NCBI GenBank assembly: GCA_041308485.1
Contig: JBFZBL010000092.1
Coordinates: 1-42,316, forward strand
Direction: 5' to 3'
From: Phycisphaerae bacterium
GTDB taxonomy: Bacteria; Planctomycetota; Phycisphaerae; Sedimentisphaerales; Anaerobacaceae
DNA length: 42,316 nucleotides
The notes below the pieces were generated by a model, which was not told the origin of the DNA, ran no database searches, and saw only the letters and a program-made list of their open reading frames with translations. Position numbers and translations under genes: made by a program. How positions within the stretch are numbered: the first letter of the stretch is position 1; every line of letters starts with the position of its first letter. Positions 1 through 7,762 of the stretch are shown here, in pieces.

Positions 1-525
1 AATCTGGACCCGAACCGTTTCGCAGCCTGGGGGCCGTCGGCGGGTGGTCACCTCGTTGCACTTCTTGGCACAACCGGCGATGTGAATGAATTTGATGTTG
101 GGGAAAATCTGACGGTATCCAGCAGGGTGCAGGCGGTGGTGGATTATTTTGGGCCGACTGATTTACTTCAAATGGATGAGCATCGTCTTCCCGATGGAAT
201 GGTTCATAATACTGCTGATTCGCCGGAGTCAAAGCTGATCGGCGGCCCTGTTCAAGAAAACAGAGAAAAGGCTGCCAAGGCAAATCCGATTACTTACATC
301 ACAAAAGATGACCCGCCTTTTTTGATTATTCACGGAGATAAGGACCCGCTCGTGCCGCATCATCAAAGTGAAATCTTAGAGGCCGCTTTGAAAAAAGCAG
401 GTGTCCCTGTAACATTATATACTGTAAAAGGCGGCGGCCACGGCGGCTTCAGAGACCCGAATGTGCCGAGGTTGACAAAAGAGTTCTTCGAAAAGAACCT
501 GAAAAACAAACATCAGGTTCAGTGA
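1..525 (+). CDS. alpha/beta-hydrolase fold esterase/peptidase, C-terminal part (5' end lies outside the window)
   Basis: Frame 1 is open from base 1 and reads NRFAAWGPSAGGHLVALLG, a G-x-S-x-G nucleophile elbow upstream of the listed ORF start at 82. HGDKDPLVP (acid) and GGGHGG (His) follow in the usual Ser-Asp-His order. Stop at 523-525. Confidence 0.75.
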   Translation, partial: NLDPNRFAAWGPSAGGHLVALLGTTGDVNEFDVGENLTVSSRVQAVVDYFGPTDLLQMDEHRLPDGMVHNTADSPESKLIGGPVQENREKAAKANPITYITKDDPPFLIIHGDKDPLVPHHQSEILEAALKKAGVPVTLYTVKGGGHGGFRDPNVPRLTKEFFEKNLKNKHQVQ

Positions 526-536
526 AATCCGTGTAA

Positions 537-1847
537 TCAGCGGCTAAGTGTTTTGTGCGTGAATTTTTTTTTGCCTTCTGCGTAGTCGGCGACGATTTGG
601 CCTGAGCCAAGGAGTTTCCATTTGTAAATCAGAAGTCCTTCGAGGCCTACGGGGCCGCGGGCGTGGATTTTTGTTGTGCTGATGCCGACTTCCGCGCCTA
701 AGCCATATCTGTAGCCATCGCTGAAACGCGTGCTGCAATTCCAGAACACACCTGCGGAATCAACCAAGTCGAGGAACTTTTCAGCGGTCGCCTTATCCTG
801 TGTAACAATCGCATCGGTATGATGCGAGCCATAATGGTTTATGTGTTCGATGGCCTCATCGACACCATCGACGATTTTTATCGACAGAATGTAATCGAGA
901 TATTCGGTTGACCAGTCCTTTTCGGTGGCGGGTTTGATTTTGATTATTGCCCTTGTTTTCTTACAGCCGCGAAGCTCAACATTCTTTGCGTCGAAAACGG
1001 CTTTTACCTTTGGCAAAAACTCTTTCGCGATTTTACTGTCAACAAGAAGTGTCTCGGTGGCATTGCAGACAGCTACATACTGGCACTTAGAATCGACGGC
1101 GATTTTGACCGCCATATCGATATTTGCCTGACCATCGACATAGACGTGGCAGATACCTTCCGCGTGACCAAGGACGGGTATATTAGTATGGTTCATTATG
1201 TAGCGGACGAATTCATTCGAGCCGCGGGGAATGACCAGGGCAATATAATCATCCTGCTTGAGCATCTCAGCAACGTGCTGTCGGGTTTCTAAAAGTTGAA
1301 TCCACCCATCAGGTATTCCTTCTGAACGCTGTCCGCTGTCCGCTGAACGCTGGCACGTCGCTTCAGCAATTATCTTTGCCAGAATTTTATTTGTATTGGC
1401 TGCTTCGCTGCCTCCTTTGAGGAGGACTGCGTTGCCGCTTTTGAGGCACAGCGTTGAAATCTGGACAAGGGCATCGGGTCTTGATTCGAATACGACGCCG
1501 ATGACGCCGATGGGGCAACTGACTTTGTAGAGGTTGAGACCTTCGTCGAGTTCGGTTGCAGAAAGTGTTTTGCCTACGGGGTCAACGAGAGCGATTAAGC
1601 TTTCGATGCCGGCGCAGACATCCGCGATTTTGCCCTCGTCGAATTTCAATCGCTTGAGAAGGGGACTCGCTAATTTGTTTTTCTCTGCAATTCTCAAATC
1701 TTTTTGATTGGCAGCGATGATTTCATCTTTTCGATTTTTCAGTGCCTCGGCGATTTGTTTAAGCGCAGAATTTTTGATATCGGTTTTTACAGCCGATAAC
1801 AGTATCGCTGCCGATTTCGCTTTTTTAGCTTTTTCCGCTATACCCAT
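537..1847 (-). CDS. proA: gamma-glutamyl phosphate reductase (glutamate-5-semialdehyde dehydrogenase)
   Basis: 436-aa ORF with a ProA-like aldehyde-dehydrogenase layout (KNxALxxIAxxL..., CPIGVIGVVFESRP, LLKGGSEA, VIPRGSNEFV, HYGSHHTDAIVT). Carries an extra segment TCQRSADSGQRSE encoded by a heptamer array. Confidence 0.9.
   Translation of the reverse strand: MGIAEKAKKAKSAAILLSAVKTDIKNSALKQIAEALKNRKDEIIAANQKDLRIAEKNKLASPLLKRLKFDEGKIADVCAGIESLIALVDPVGKTLSATELDEGLNLYKVSCPIGVIGVVFESRPDALVQISTLCLKSGNAVLLKGGSEAANTNKILAKIIAEATCQRSADSGQRSEGIPDGWIQLLETRQHVAEMLKQDDYIALVIPRGSNEFVRYIMNHTNIPVLGHAEGICHVYVDGQANIDMAVKIAVDSKCQYVAVCNATETLLVDSKIAKEFLPKVKAVFDAKNVELRGCKKTRAIIKIKPATEKDWSTEYLDYILSIKIVDGVDEAIEHINHYGSHHTDAIVTQDKATAEKFLDLVDSAGVFWNCSTRFSDGYRYGLGAEVGISTTKIHARGPVGLEGLLIYKWKLLGSGQIVADYAEGKKKFTHKTLSR
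1322..1356. repeat. heptanucleotide-periodic array inside proA (CTGAACG CTGTCCG CTGTCCG CTGAACG CTGGCAC)
   Basis: Five consecutive 7-nt units read directly. The unit family (CGCTGNN in another phase) recurs at 25751-25771. Confidence 0.8.
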
Positions 1848-1922
1848 AAAATCAAGCCACAGATTACACAGATTTCACTGTTTTTTTAGTTTTACCTTTT
1901 AGTGTATTCTTGGTAAAATTAT

Positions 1923-1957
1923 AAATCGAAAATAGAAAATAATAAATAGAAAATAAC
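1923..1957. repeat. heptanucleotide-periodic array, AAATNGA/AAATAAN units, intergenic
   Basis: AAATCGA AAATAGA AAATAAT AAATAGA AAATAAC, five 7-nt units directly 5' of tRNA-Gly(TCC). Confidence 0.7.
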
Positions 1958-1961
1958 AACT

Positions 1962-2032
1962 GCGGGTGTAGCTTAGTGGTAAAGCTCCAGCCTTCCAAGC
2001 TGGTTATGTGGGTCCGATTCCCATCACCCGCT
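1962..2032 (+). tRNA. tRNA-Gly (anticodon TCC)
   Basis: Cloverleaf by eye: acceptor GCGGGTG/CACCCGC, D arm GCTT..AAGC, anticodon stem CCAGC/GCTGG with loop CTTCCAA, T arm GTGGG-TCCGATT-CCCAT, discriminator T. No encoded CCA. Confidence 0.9.
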
Positions 2033-2038
2033 TTTCCA

Positions 2039-2073
2039 GAGGACGGATGACAGAAGACAGATGACGGTTATGG
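2039..2073. repeat. heptanucleotide-periodic array, GANGACN units, intergenic
   Basis: GAGGACG GATGACA GAAGACA GATGACG GTTATGG, starting 7 nt after the tRNA-Gly 3' end. Confidence 0.7.
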
Positions 2074-2262
2074 TTCTCTTCTGCTCTCTGTACAAATGCG
2101 AAAAGGCAAACCGCAAGTTGCCGGTCAACGGGGAAAAAGTTTAAAATATCAAAAATTTTTCACGTCCGCTAAAATCGCAAGACTCTTCTAAACGGCTGTC
2201 TTTGTTTGAGTTAAGGTTTGAAGGGGGCAAGTCCCATAAATATTTTGAGAATATTTGTTAAA

Positions 2263-2361
2263 AAGTGGAGTTTACTATTGACGAAGTGGTAAGAAGTGGC
2301 GATAATTCCCAATAAGTGGTTGTCAGGTGGCGACAAGTGTAAGACAAGTGGAGACAAGTGA
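2263..2361 (+). promoter_or_regulatory. array of eight AAGTGG-type direct repeats (candidate MraZ boxes) immediately upstream of mraZ
   Basis: GTGG/GTGT/GTGA cores start at 2265, 2286, 2296, 2316, 2327, 2337, 2348 and 2358. The intervals are 21, 10, 20, 11, 10, 11 and 10 nt, so the sites are in helical phase. Seven of the eight are preceded by AA. The last box abuts the ATG at 2362. Confidence 0.6.
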
Positions 2362-2841
2362 ATGCTTTTGTTAACAGGAGAGTACGAACATACCATTGAC
2401 GAGAAGGGCAGAGTGCTGGTCTCCAACAAGCTCCGCAATCAAATCGACACCAAAGAGCACGGCAGCGATTTTTATCTCGTCGTTGGGGCAAACGGCATAT
2501 TGTCCTTGTATCCGGAAAAGTGCTTTCAGCTTATGACGCTTGCGATGGCACAGAAAAACACCGCCCCGGATGAAATCATTGCGTTCGAGCGAATGAACTT
2601 CGCTTTGGCAGGGAAGGTCGAGTTAGATAGCCAGGGACGGCTTTTATTAAATGAAAAACTGCGCAAGAGAGCAGGTTTAAAAGATAACGTGACATTAGTA
2701 GGGGTGCGAGACCACATCGAGCTTTGGAACACGCAGGACTGGGAACAGTATCTTTCGGACAATATGGCCCAGTACCAGAAGCGCGTGGCCCAGGCCCGGC
2801 AGGAGGTTTTGCAAAAGCAGAGTCAGGATTTAGAGGGGTGA
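2362..2841 (+). CDS. mraZ: transcriptional regulator MraZ
   Basis: N-terminus LLTGEYEHTIDEKGRVLVSNKLR and second half KVELDSQGRLLLNEKLRKRAGL...VTLVGVRDHIELW show the duplicated SpoVT/AbrB-like MraZ halves. It is the first gene of a dcw-type cluster. Confidence 0.9.
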   Translation: MLLLTGEYEHTIDEKGRVLVSNKLRNQIDTKEHGSDFYLVVGANGILSLYPEKCFQLMTLAMAQKNTAPDEIIAFERMNFALAGKVELDSQGRLLLNEKLRKRAGLKDNVTLVGVRDHIELWNTQDWEQYLSDNMAQYQKRVAQARQEVLQKQSQDLEG

Positions 2842-2852
2842 AAGGAGTCGCT

Positions 2853-3059
2853 ATGTTAGAATTGTATCCGGATCATTGTGAAGTCGTAACAAACAGCTTG
2901 AATAGCACAAGGGCAATCGACGAGCAGACGTTTGCCTCAGTGGAAGTGCTTAATGACCGGCTGGAGAGGGTGAAAAAGCTCGGCGGCAGATTCGCAAGCG
3001 TTGCCTTTTCGCCCGCGGCAGAGCATCTAAGGAAGCTATCCAGCAAATTAGCGGTTTGA
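2853..3059 (+). CDS. hypothetical 68-aa protein between mraZ and rsmH
   Basis: The ATG at 2853 is preceded by AAAGGAG (2841-2847) with a 5-nt spacer. The stop at 3057-3059 lies 1 nt before the rsmH start. No recognisable motif. The listed ORF 2724..3059 extends upstream into mraZ and is probably too long. Confidence 0.5.
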   Translation: MLELYPDHCEVVTNSLNSTRAIDEQTFASVEVLNDRLERVKKLGGRFASVAFSPAAEHLRKLSSKLAV

Positions 3060-3060
3060 A

Positions 3061-3975
3061 TTGTGGCGTTTAAAAGTGGATGGTTCGGCGACGGAACATA
3101 TACCGGTTCTTGCTGAAGTGCTTGTTGAGCAGATAAAGCTGCCGCAGGATGCGGTGGTGGTCGATGCGACCATAGGACAAGGAGGTCATAGCTTACTGTT
3201 CGGCAAAAGATTGGGCCCCAAGGGAGCTATAATCGGCCTGGATGTTGATACAAACGCTATCCGAAGGGCCCAATCTATTTTAGAGGGGCTTCAATGCAGG
3301 GTGATTCTGATAAATTCCAATTTTTCCGAAATAGCGGACGCGGTGCACGGACAGGGGATTGAAAAAGTCGATTTCATACTGGCGGATTTGGGTGTTTGTT
3401 CGGCGCAGCTGGAGGATGACAGGATGGGTTTGAGTTTTCAGCGGAATATGCCGCTGGACATGCGTTTGGATAAAAGATTGAAAACGACTGCTGCCGATAT
3501 AATCAACGGAGCAAATGAGAAAACGCTCGCGGATTTGATATACAGGTTCGGTGAAGAAAGGGCATCGAGGCGGATAGCGAGGTTTATAGTCGAGCGACGT
3601 CATCGTGAGCCGATTACAACGACGGGTCAGCTTGCCGCGATAGTATCGAGCGCTATGGGAAAAGGCGGACAATGGTCTAAGATTCATCCCTCGACCAGGA
3701 CCTTTCAGGCGCTGCGAATAGCGGTCAACAATGAGCTGGAAAACCTCGAAACGCTGCTCGGTTCGGCGCCGGCTCTGCTTGGACAAAATGGCTACATAGC
3801 GGTCATAAGTTTTCACAGTCTGGAAGACCGGATAGTGAAAACGAATTTTAAGGAAAACGAGGGCAAGGAGATTTATCAAATTGTCACAAAAAGACCGATA
3901 ACACCTTTACGTTCTGAAGTTTTGAGTAATCGACGTGCAAGGAGCGCGAAGCTGAGAATAGCGCAGAAAATTTAA
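3061..3975 (+). CDS. rsmH: 16S rRNA (cytosine1402-N4)-methyltransferase
   Basis: HIPVL...VVDATIGQGGHS, DLGVCSAQLED, GLSFQ, TFQALRIAVNNELENL, ISFHSLEDRIVK and SAKLR are typical RsmH/MraW blocks. TTG start at 3061; the GTG at 3076 is an alternative. Confidence 0.9.
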   Translation: MWRLKVDGSATEHIPVLAEVLVEQIKLPQDAVVVDATIGQGGHSLLFGKRLGPKGAIIGLDVDTNAIRRAQSILEGLQCRVILINSNFSEIADAVHGQGIEKVDFILADLGVCSAQLEDDRMGLSFQRNMPLDMRLDKRLKTTAADIINGANEKTLADLIYRFGEERASRRIARFIVERRHREPITTTGQLAAIVSSAMGKGGQWSKIHPSTRTFQALRIAVNNELENLETLLGSAPALLGQNGYIAVISFHSLEDRIVKTNFKENEGKEIYQIVTKRPITPLRSEVLSNRRARSAKLRIAQKI

Positions 3976-4008
3976 TGGAATAACGGAATAGTTGAAGGGA
4001 AGCTGAAC

Positions 4009-4914
4009 ATGACATCGGACGCGAAAATTGGGTTGTTGCTGGGACTGGTATTCATATTTGTTATCGCATTCATAATTAACGGCCTGCCTGGCCTTCATCA
4101 GAAAGATGACAGCAATAAGCTTACGACCAATATGGTCGGGCTGGAAAGCAATCCGTCCGGAATAGGGGCCAACGAGCGAAAGGTGCAGATGGTTCTCGAG
4201 CAGCCCGCCGCTGGTGCTGTGGGTGGTGTGCAATCACCTGAGGTAACACCGGCCGCTGCGGAATCCGAGCAGTATGGTCTTTCGCCTGCTCAGCCGACTC
4301 CGGGCAGCGTTGGAGTTGCGCCTGCGGAAATGACTCCGGCCGTATCGATAGACCTGACTGTTTCCGCCCCGGCGCAGGATGCCCCCGCGGTTAATGCGCA
4401 GCCAACGGCGGCGCCTGAGCCGGCGAAGGTGTATGTGGTTCAATCGGGCGACAGCATCAGCGGAATCGCCAAGAAAGTTTACGGGGTCAAGGAAGGCATG
4501 AAGCAAAAAAATATAGAAGCTATATTCGCTGCCAATCGCAAAACGCTTGCCTCGATTGATTCACTTCAGGTCGGCCAGAAACTGACAATACCACTGCTGC
4601 CGGGCTCAACCGCCGCGCCGGCAACGCCTGCCGAGGTTCTTACGGACAAGAATTTCACAAAGGTGGAATCGACCGCTGGGCAGCATTCTACGGCCAATAC
4701 CAGTAAGCCGGCATCAGCGCCAAAGACCGAGAAGCCAGCGGCAAAGGCCGGAAGCGTTTATGTTGTGAAAGAAGGCGACAGTTTATGGAAGATTGCGGCC
4801 ACGCAGCTCGGCGACGGCAATCGTTATAAGGATATAGTCAAACTGAACAGCGATGTTTTGTCCAGTGAGGATGATATCGCGGTTGGAATGCAGTTGAAGA
4901 TGCCGGCCAAATAG
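4009..4914 (+). CDS. membrane-anchored protein with two LysM peptidoglycan-binding domains
   Basis: N-terminal TM segment (IGLLLGLVFIFVIAFIINGL) and a Pro/Ala-rich linker. Two LysM-like units follow: VYVVQSGDSISGIAKKVYG...LQVGQKLTIP and VYVVKEGDSLWKIAATQLG...IAVGMQLKMP. Confidence 0.8.
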   Translation: MTSDAKIGLLLGLVFIFVIAFIINGLPGLHQKDDSNKLTTNMVGLESNPSGIGANERKVQMVLEQPAAGAVGGVQSPEVTPAAAESEQYGLSPAQPTPGSVGVAPAEMTPAVSIDLTVSAPAQDAPAVNAQPTAAPEPAKVYVVQSGDSISGIAKKVYGVKEGMKQKNIEAIFAANRKTLASIDSLQVGQKLTIPLLPGSTAAPATPAEVLTDKNFTKVESTAGQHSTANTSKPASAPKTEKPAAKAGSVYVVKEGDSLWKIAATQLGDGNRYKDIVKLNSDVLSSEDDIAVGMQLKMPAK

Positions 4915-4931
4915 TCCGGGCCGGCTGCTTT

Positions 4932-5198
4932 GTGGTTACTACACGGTTTATGCGGTTGGGGTTTCGTCTTGTTTTTGTTGCGTTCTACTTCACTTCGGTG
5001 ATGCTGTTCGCCGCTTCACTTCGTAACGCCAATGACAGGGTATTTTACAAAATCTGCGCCGCGCGTGTGTCCCAGAGCCGGCTCAAACAGCAGCTTGCGG
5101 CCAAACAATTGCGGCTGGAAGGTCTGATTAACCCGGCAAGCGTTTCTCAGCAGGTTAATCAGCAGGTAAATCAGCAGGTTAAGCCGGTTAAGAAGTAA
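4932..5198 (+). CDS. FtsL-like small bitopic membrane protein (assigned by position and architecture only)
   Basis: 88 aa with one TM (FRLVFVAFYFTSVMLFAA) followed by a short coiled-coil-like stretch. It sits directly upstream of the class B PBP, as ftsL does in dcw clusters. No sequence motif supports the call. Start uncertain (GTG 4932 or ATG 4950). Confidence 0.45.
   Translation: MVTTRFMRLGFRLVFVAFYFTSVMLFAASLRNANDRVFYKICAARVSQSRLKQQLAAKQLRLEGLINPASVSQQVNQQVNQQVKPVKK
5148..5192 (+). repeat. 12-nt tandem repeat (CAGCAGGTTAAT x3 plus a partial unit) encoding QQVN QQVN QQVK
   Basis: CAGCAGGTTAAT / CAGCAGGTAAAT / CAGCAGGTTAAG / CCGGTTAAG read directly at the 3' end of the FtsL-like ORF. Confidence 0.8.
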
Positions 5199-5219
5199 AC
5201 GGGATTTTTCGAATACAGG

Positions 5220-6977
5220 GTGTTTCGTTCAATGGGTATCAAGCTTCGGTTATCGAGCGGTCGTGTCACTATCTGGCTGTTTGCGGCTTTGATAGCTGCT
5301 TTTGCTGCACTGGCATCTCGATGTTTTTATCTGCAGTATTTCAGAAACGAACACTATACCGGCTTATCATCAAGGCAGCAGCAAACTGTCGCCACTATAT
5401 CACCTCAGCGTGGCGCGATTCTTGATTGCCGGGGAAGGGTGCTGGCCGCCAGCGAGGAAACCCAGACGGTTTTCGCCGAGCCGAGAGTTCTTGATGACCC
5501 GAAGGAAACCGCCAGTAAGCTGGCGGATGTTCTGAATATTGGCGCTCATATTATCTGTAAGAGTATTACTGACAGCGCAAATCCCGGTTTTGCCAAAATC
5601 GAAGTTGGTGTTGATACCAACCAGGCGATTGCGGCCCGCAAGATTCACGGCGTCGGGATACAATCCGACTGGGAACGTCGCTATCCAATGGGGCCGCTTG
5701 CGACTCATATTGTTGGATTCACAAGCGCAGACAACCGGGGTCTTGAGGGCGTGGAGCTTGCGTACAACAAGGACCTCGCAGGTTCGGCGGGGCGCAATAT
5801 TTTTATCGCCGACGCGTTCCGCAGACCAATCCGGCTGAGAGAACACGAAGCCGATGTTACAGACGGAGTCGGAATCATCCTGACCATCGACGCGACGATA
5901 CAGCAGTTTACACGTGAGGCACTTTTAGAGCAGTATAAAAATTACCACGCCGAATCGGCGATAGCCATAGTGGCTGAGCCGAAATCGGGCGCTATTCTGG
6001 CTATGGTGTCTCTGCCCGATTATGACCCTGCCAATTTCAATACAGCCGATGCCAACTCGCTTCGCAACCGCGTGATAACCGACCAGTTTGAGCCGGGCAG
6101 TTTGATAAAGCCGATGGTTATGGGGGCCGCCGTCGAGGACGGAATCGTAAGCTTGAAGGAAAAGATATTCTGCGAAAACGGCAACTACTGTGGCAAGGGG
6201 TTCGGCTGCATCAGCGAATATAAAAACGGTTTCGGCTACCTGACGCCGCGGGAGATTCTGGTCAATTCGAGCAATATAGGAATGGCGAAGGTCGGCCAGA
6301 AAATGGGCAAGGAGAAGATTTACCAGGCACTCAGGAATTTCGGTTTCGGCAAAGAGACGGGGATTGATTTGCCGGGTGAGGTTTCGGGATTACTCTGGCC
6401 TCCGCAGAAGTGGACCGGCTACAGCGTTACGCGAATACCTTTCGGACAGGAGATAACCGTTACGGCAATACAGCTTGTTCGGGCCTTCTGCATAATTGCC
6501 AACGGCGGGCATCCGGTTAATATGCACGTGGTTAAAGCTGTTGTTGACAACGAGGGCACTATCGTGAAGCTGACACAGGCGCCGCCGCCGCTGGCGTATT
6601 GTATTGACCCCGGGGTCGCCAAATGGCTTGTTACGGATGCTATGGTGGGCGTGGTCAACGAGGGGACGGGCAAAAGAGCGAAGCTGAAAAAATGGCAGGT
6701 GTTCGGCAAGTCGGGCACCGCCAATATCGCCAAGGCCGGCGAAAGGGGCTACGCCGAGCACCAGTATATCGCGTCATTTATCGCGGGTGCGCCGGCTGAA
6801 GACCCGCAGATTCTCGTTCTTGTCTCGGTTCGCAGGCCTGATATGACATTAGGCAAGGGCTACACGGGCGGAGCAATCTCAGCGCCGGTCGCAGGAAAAA
6901 TCATCGAGAAAACGCTCACATACCTTGAAAACAGCCGCCGGCCGGATTCGCAGAAGGCCCTTCTGGCGGCTAAATAA
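5220..6977 (+). CDS. ftsI: class B penicillin-binding protein, FtsI/PBP3-like D,D-transpeptidase
   Basis: N-terminal TM and PBP dimerisation region, then transpeptidase motifs S-L-I-K (FEPGSLIKP), S-S-N (VNSSNIG) and K-S-G-T (FGKSGTA). dcw position after rsmH and the ftsL-like gene. Start GTG 5220 or ATG 5232. Confidence 0.85.
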   Translation: MFRSMGIKLRLSSGRVTIWLFAALIAAFAALASRCFYLQYFRNEHYTGLSSRQQQTVATISPQRGAILDCRGRVLAASEETQTVFAEPRVLDDPKETASKLADVLNIGAHIICKSITDSANPGFAKIEVGVDTNQAIAARKIHGVGIQSDWERRYPMGPLATHIVGFTSADNRGLEGVELAYNKDLAGSAGRNIFIADAFRRPIRLREHEADVTDGVGIILTIDATIQQFTREALLEQYKNYHAESAIAIVAEPKSGAILAMVSLPDYDPANFNTADANSLRNRVITDQFEPGSLIKPMVMGAAVEDGIVSLKEKIFCENGNYCGKGFGCISEYKNGFGYLTPREILVNSSNIGMAKVGQKMGKEKIYQALRNFGFGKETGIDLPGEVSGLLWPPQKWTGYSVTRIPFGQEITVTAIQLVRAFCIIANGGHPVNMHVVKAVVDNEGTIVKLTQAPPPLAYCIDPGVAKWLVTDAMVGVVNEGTGKRAKLKKWQVFGKSGTANIAKAGERGYAEHQYIASFIAGAPAEDPQILVLVSVRRPDMTLGKGYTGGAISAPVAGKIIEKTLTYLENSRRPDSQKALLAAK

Positions 6978-6986
6978 TTTTCCTAT

Positions 6987-7736
6987 TTATGGGCCTGCGG
7001 TCCATCGCAATTTATTGACGTCTTCGGTTGGGACAAAGTCAGTATGACCGTCGCAGAATAAAATGTTACATCCATCCCCCCGATGATTTTCTGTCGTCAA
7101 CAGTTCCGGTCCTCCCGATTGGTTCCATCCCGGTTTAGATTCGAACAGCAAAACCATATCGGGCGGTGCGTTGGCGCCCAACTTCTCAATATTCTTGTTC
7201 ATAGCGTAACTCGAAGGTCCCTTTTGGTCACGCTTACAGCGGAAATTTTTTTGATTAAGTTTGGGGTTGTATTTGATAAGTAAATCGCACCATTTATCTG
7301 ACGCAGGATATTGCCCCTTGTTATTATCCGCATACATTCTTGTTGCGGCGCCGAGCTGTTTTAAATTAATCATGCATGTAATTCGTGGTATTACAAAGGG
7401 AGCTCTTGCTATTGCTGGCATCAAAATTAATATAGCCAGCATCAGTTCTATCGCCGAGATAGATATTCCCGTTATCGCGAGGCCTTTTCCTTTTAGTTTG
7501 CCTTGGCTATAATTGATTGTGGATAGGGCGGAAAGGCCGAATAGTATCGCCAATGGGGCGGTTATAAAAAGAGTGCAAACCCCAAAAATGCCCAATACCA
7601 GTGAAGCTATTGCCATGCCACTTGTTTTTGCGTCAGACATGGCAATTACTTTTGCCGAGCCTGCCAGAATTAAATTGCAGTTTCGGCACGCTTGTGCCCC
7701 CTCGGTATTTTCCACTCCGCATTTCGGACAAAACAT
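6987..7736 (-). CDS. zinc-ribbon / double-TM / DUF1559 (H-X9-DG-like) fusion protein
   Basis: N-terminus MFCPKCGVENTEGAQACRNCN (CxxC...CxxC). Two hydrophobic segments resemble DUF4190. The C-terminus has INLKQLGAATRMYADNNKGQYP and ENHRGDGCNILFCDGHTDFV, typical of PVC-group DUF1559 proteins, but without the usual prepilin N-terminus. SD AAGGA lies 7 nt upstream. Confidence 0.7.
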   Translation of the reverse strand: MFCPKCGVENTEGAQACRNCNLILAGSAKVIAMSDAKTSGMAIASLVLGIFGVCTLFITAPLAILFGLSALSTINYSQGKLKGKGLAITGISISAIELMLAILILMPAIARAPFVIPRITCMINLKQLGAATRMYADNNKGQYPASDKWCDLLIKYNPKLNQKNFRCKRDQKGPSSYAMNKNIEKLGANAPPDMVLLFESKPGWNQSGGPELLTTENHRGDGCNILFCDGHTDFVPTEDVNKLRWTAGP

Positions 7737-7762
7737 AAAATTATCCTTTTGTTATTTTATGT

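Noticed and set aside
2218-2246. Candidate mraZ promoter TTGAAG-17 nt-TATTTT
   Set aside because: The spacing is right but the -10 matches only 4 of 6 positions, and nothing else supports it. It is too weak to list as a feature.
2268-2279. A 12-nt identity (GAGTTTACTATT) shared with 25937-25948, considered as a conserved promoter element
   Set aside because: In a 42-kb window dozens of 12-mer matches are expected by chance, and the flanking -35-like hexamers do not align. It is not treated as significant.
2211-2491. Two minus-strand ORFs (75 and 77 aa) upstream of and overlapping mraZ
   Set aside because: They run across the AAGTGG repeat array and into the mraZ start. The repeats explain the open frames, and no SD or motif is present.
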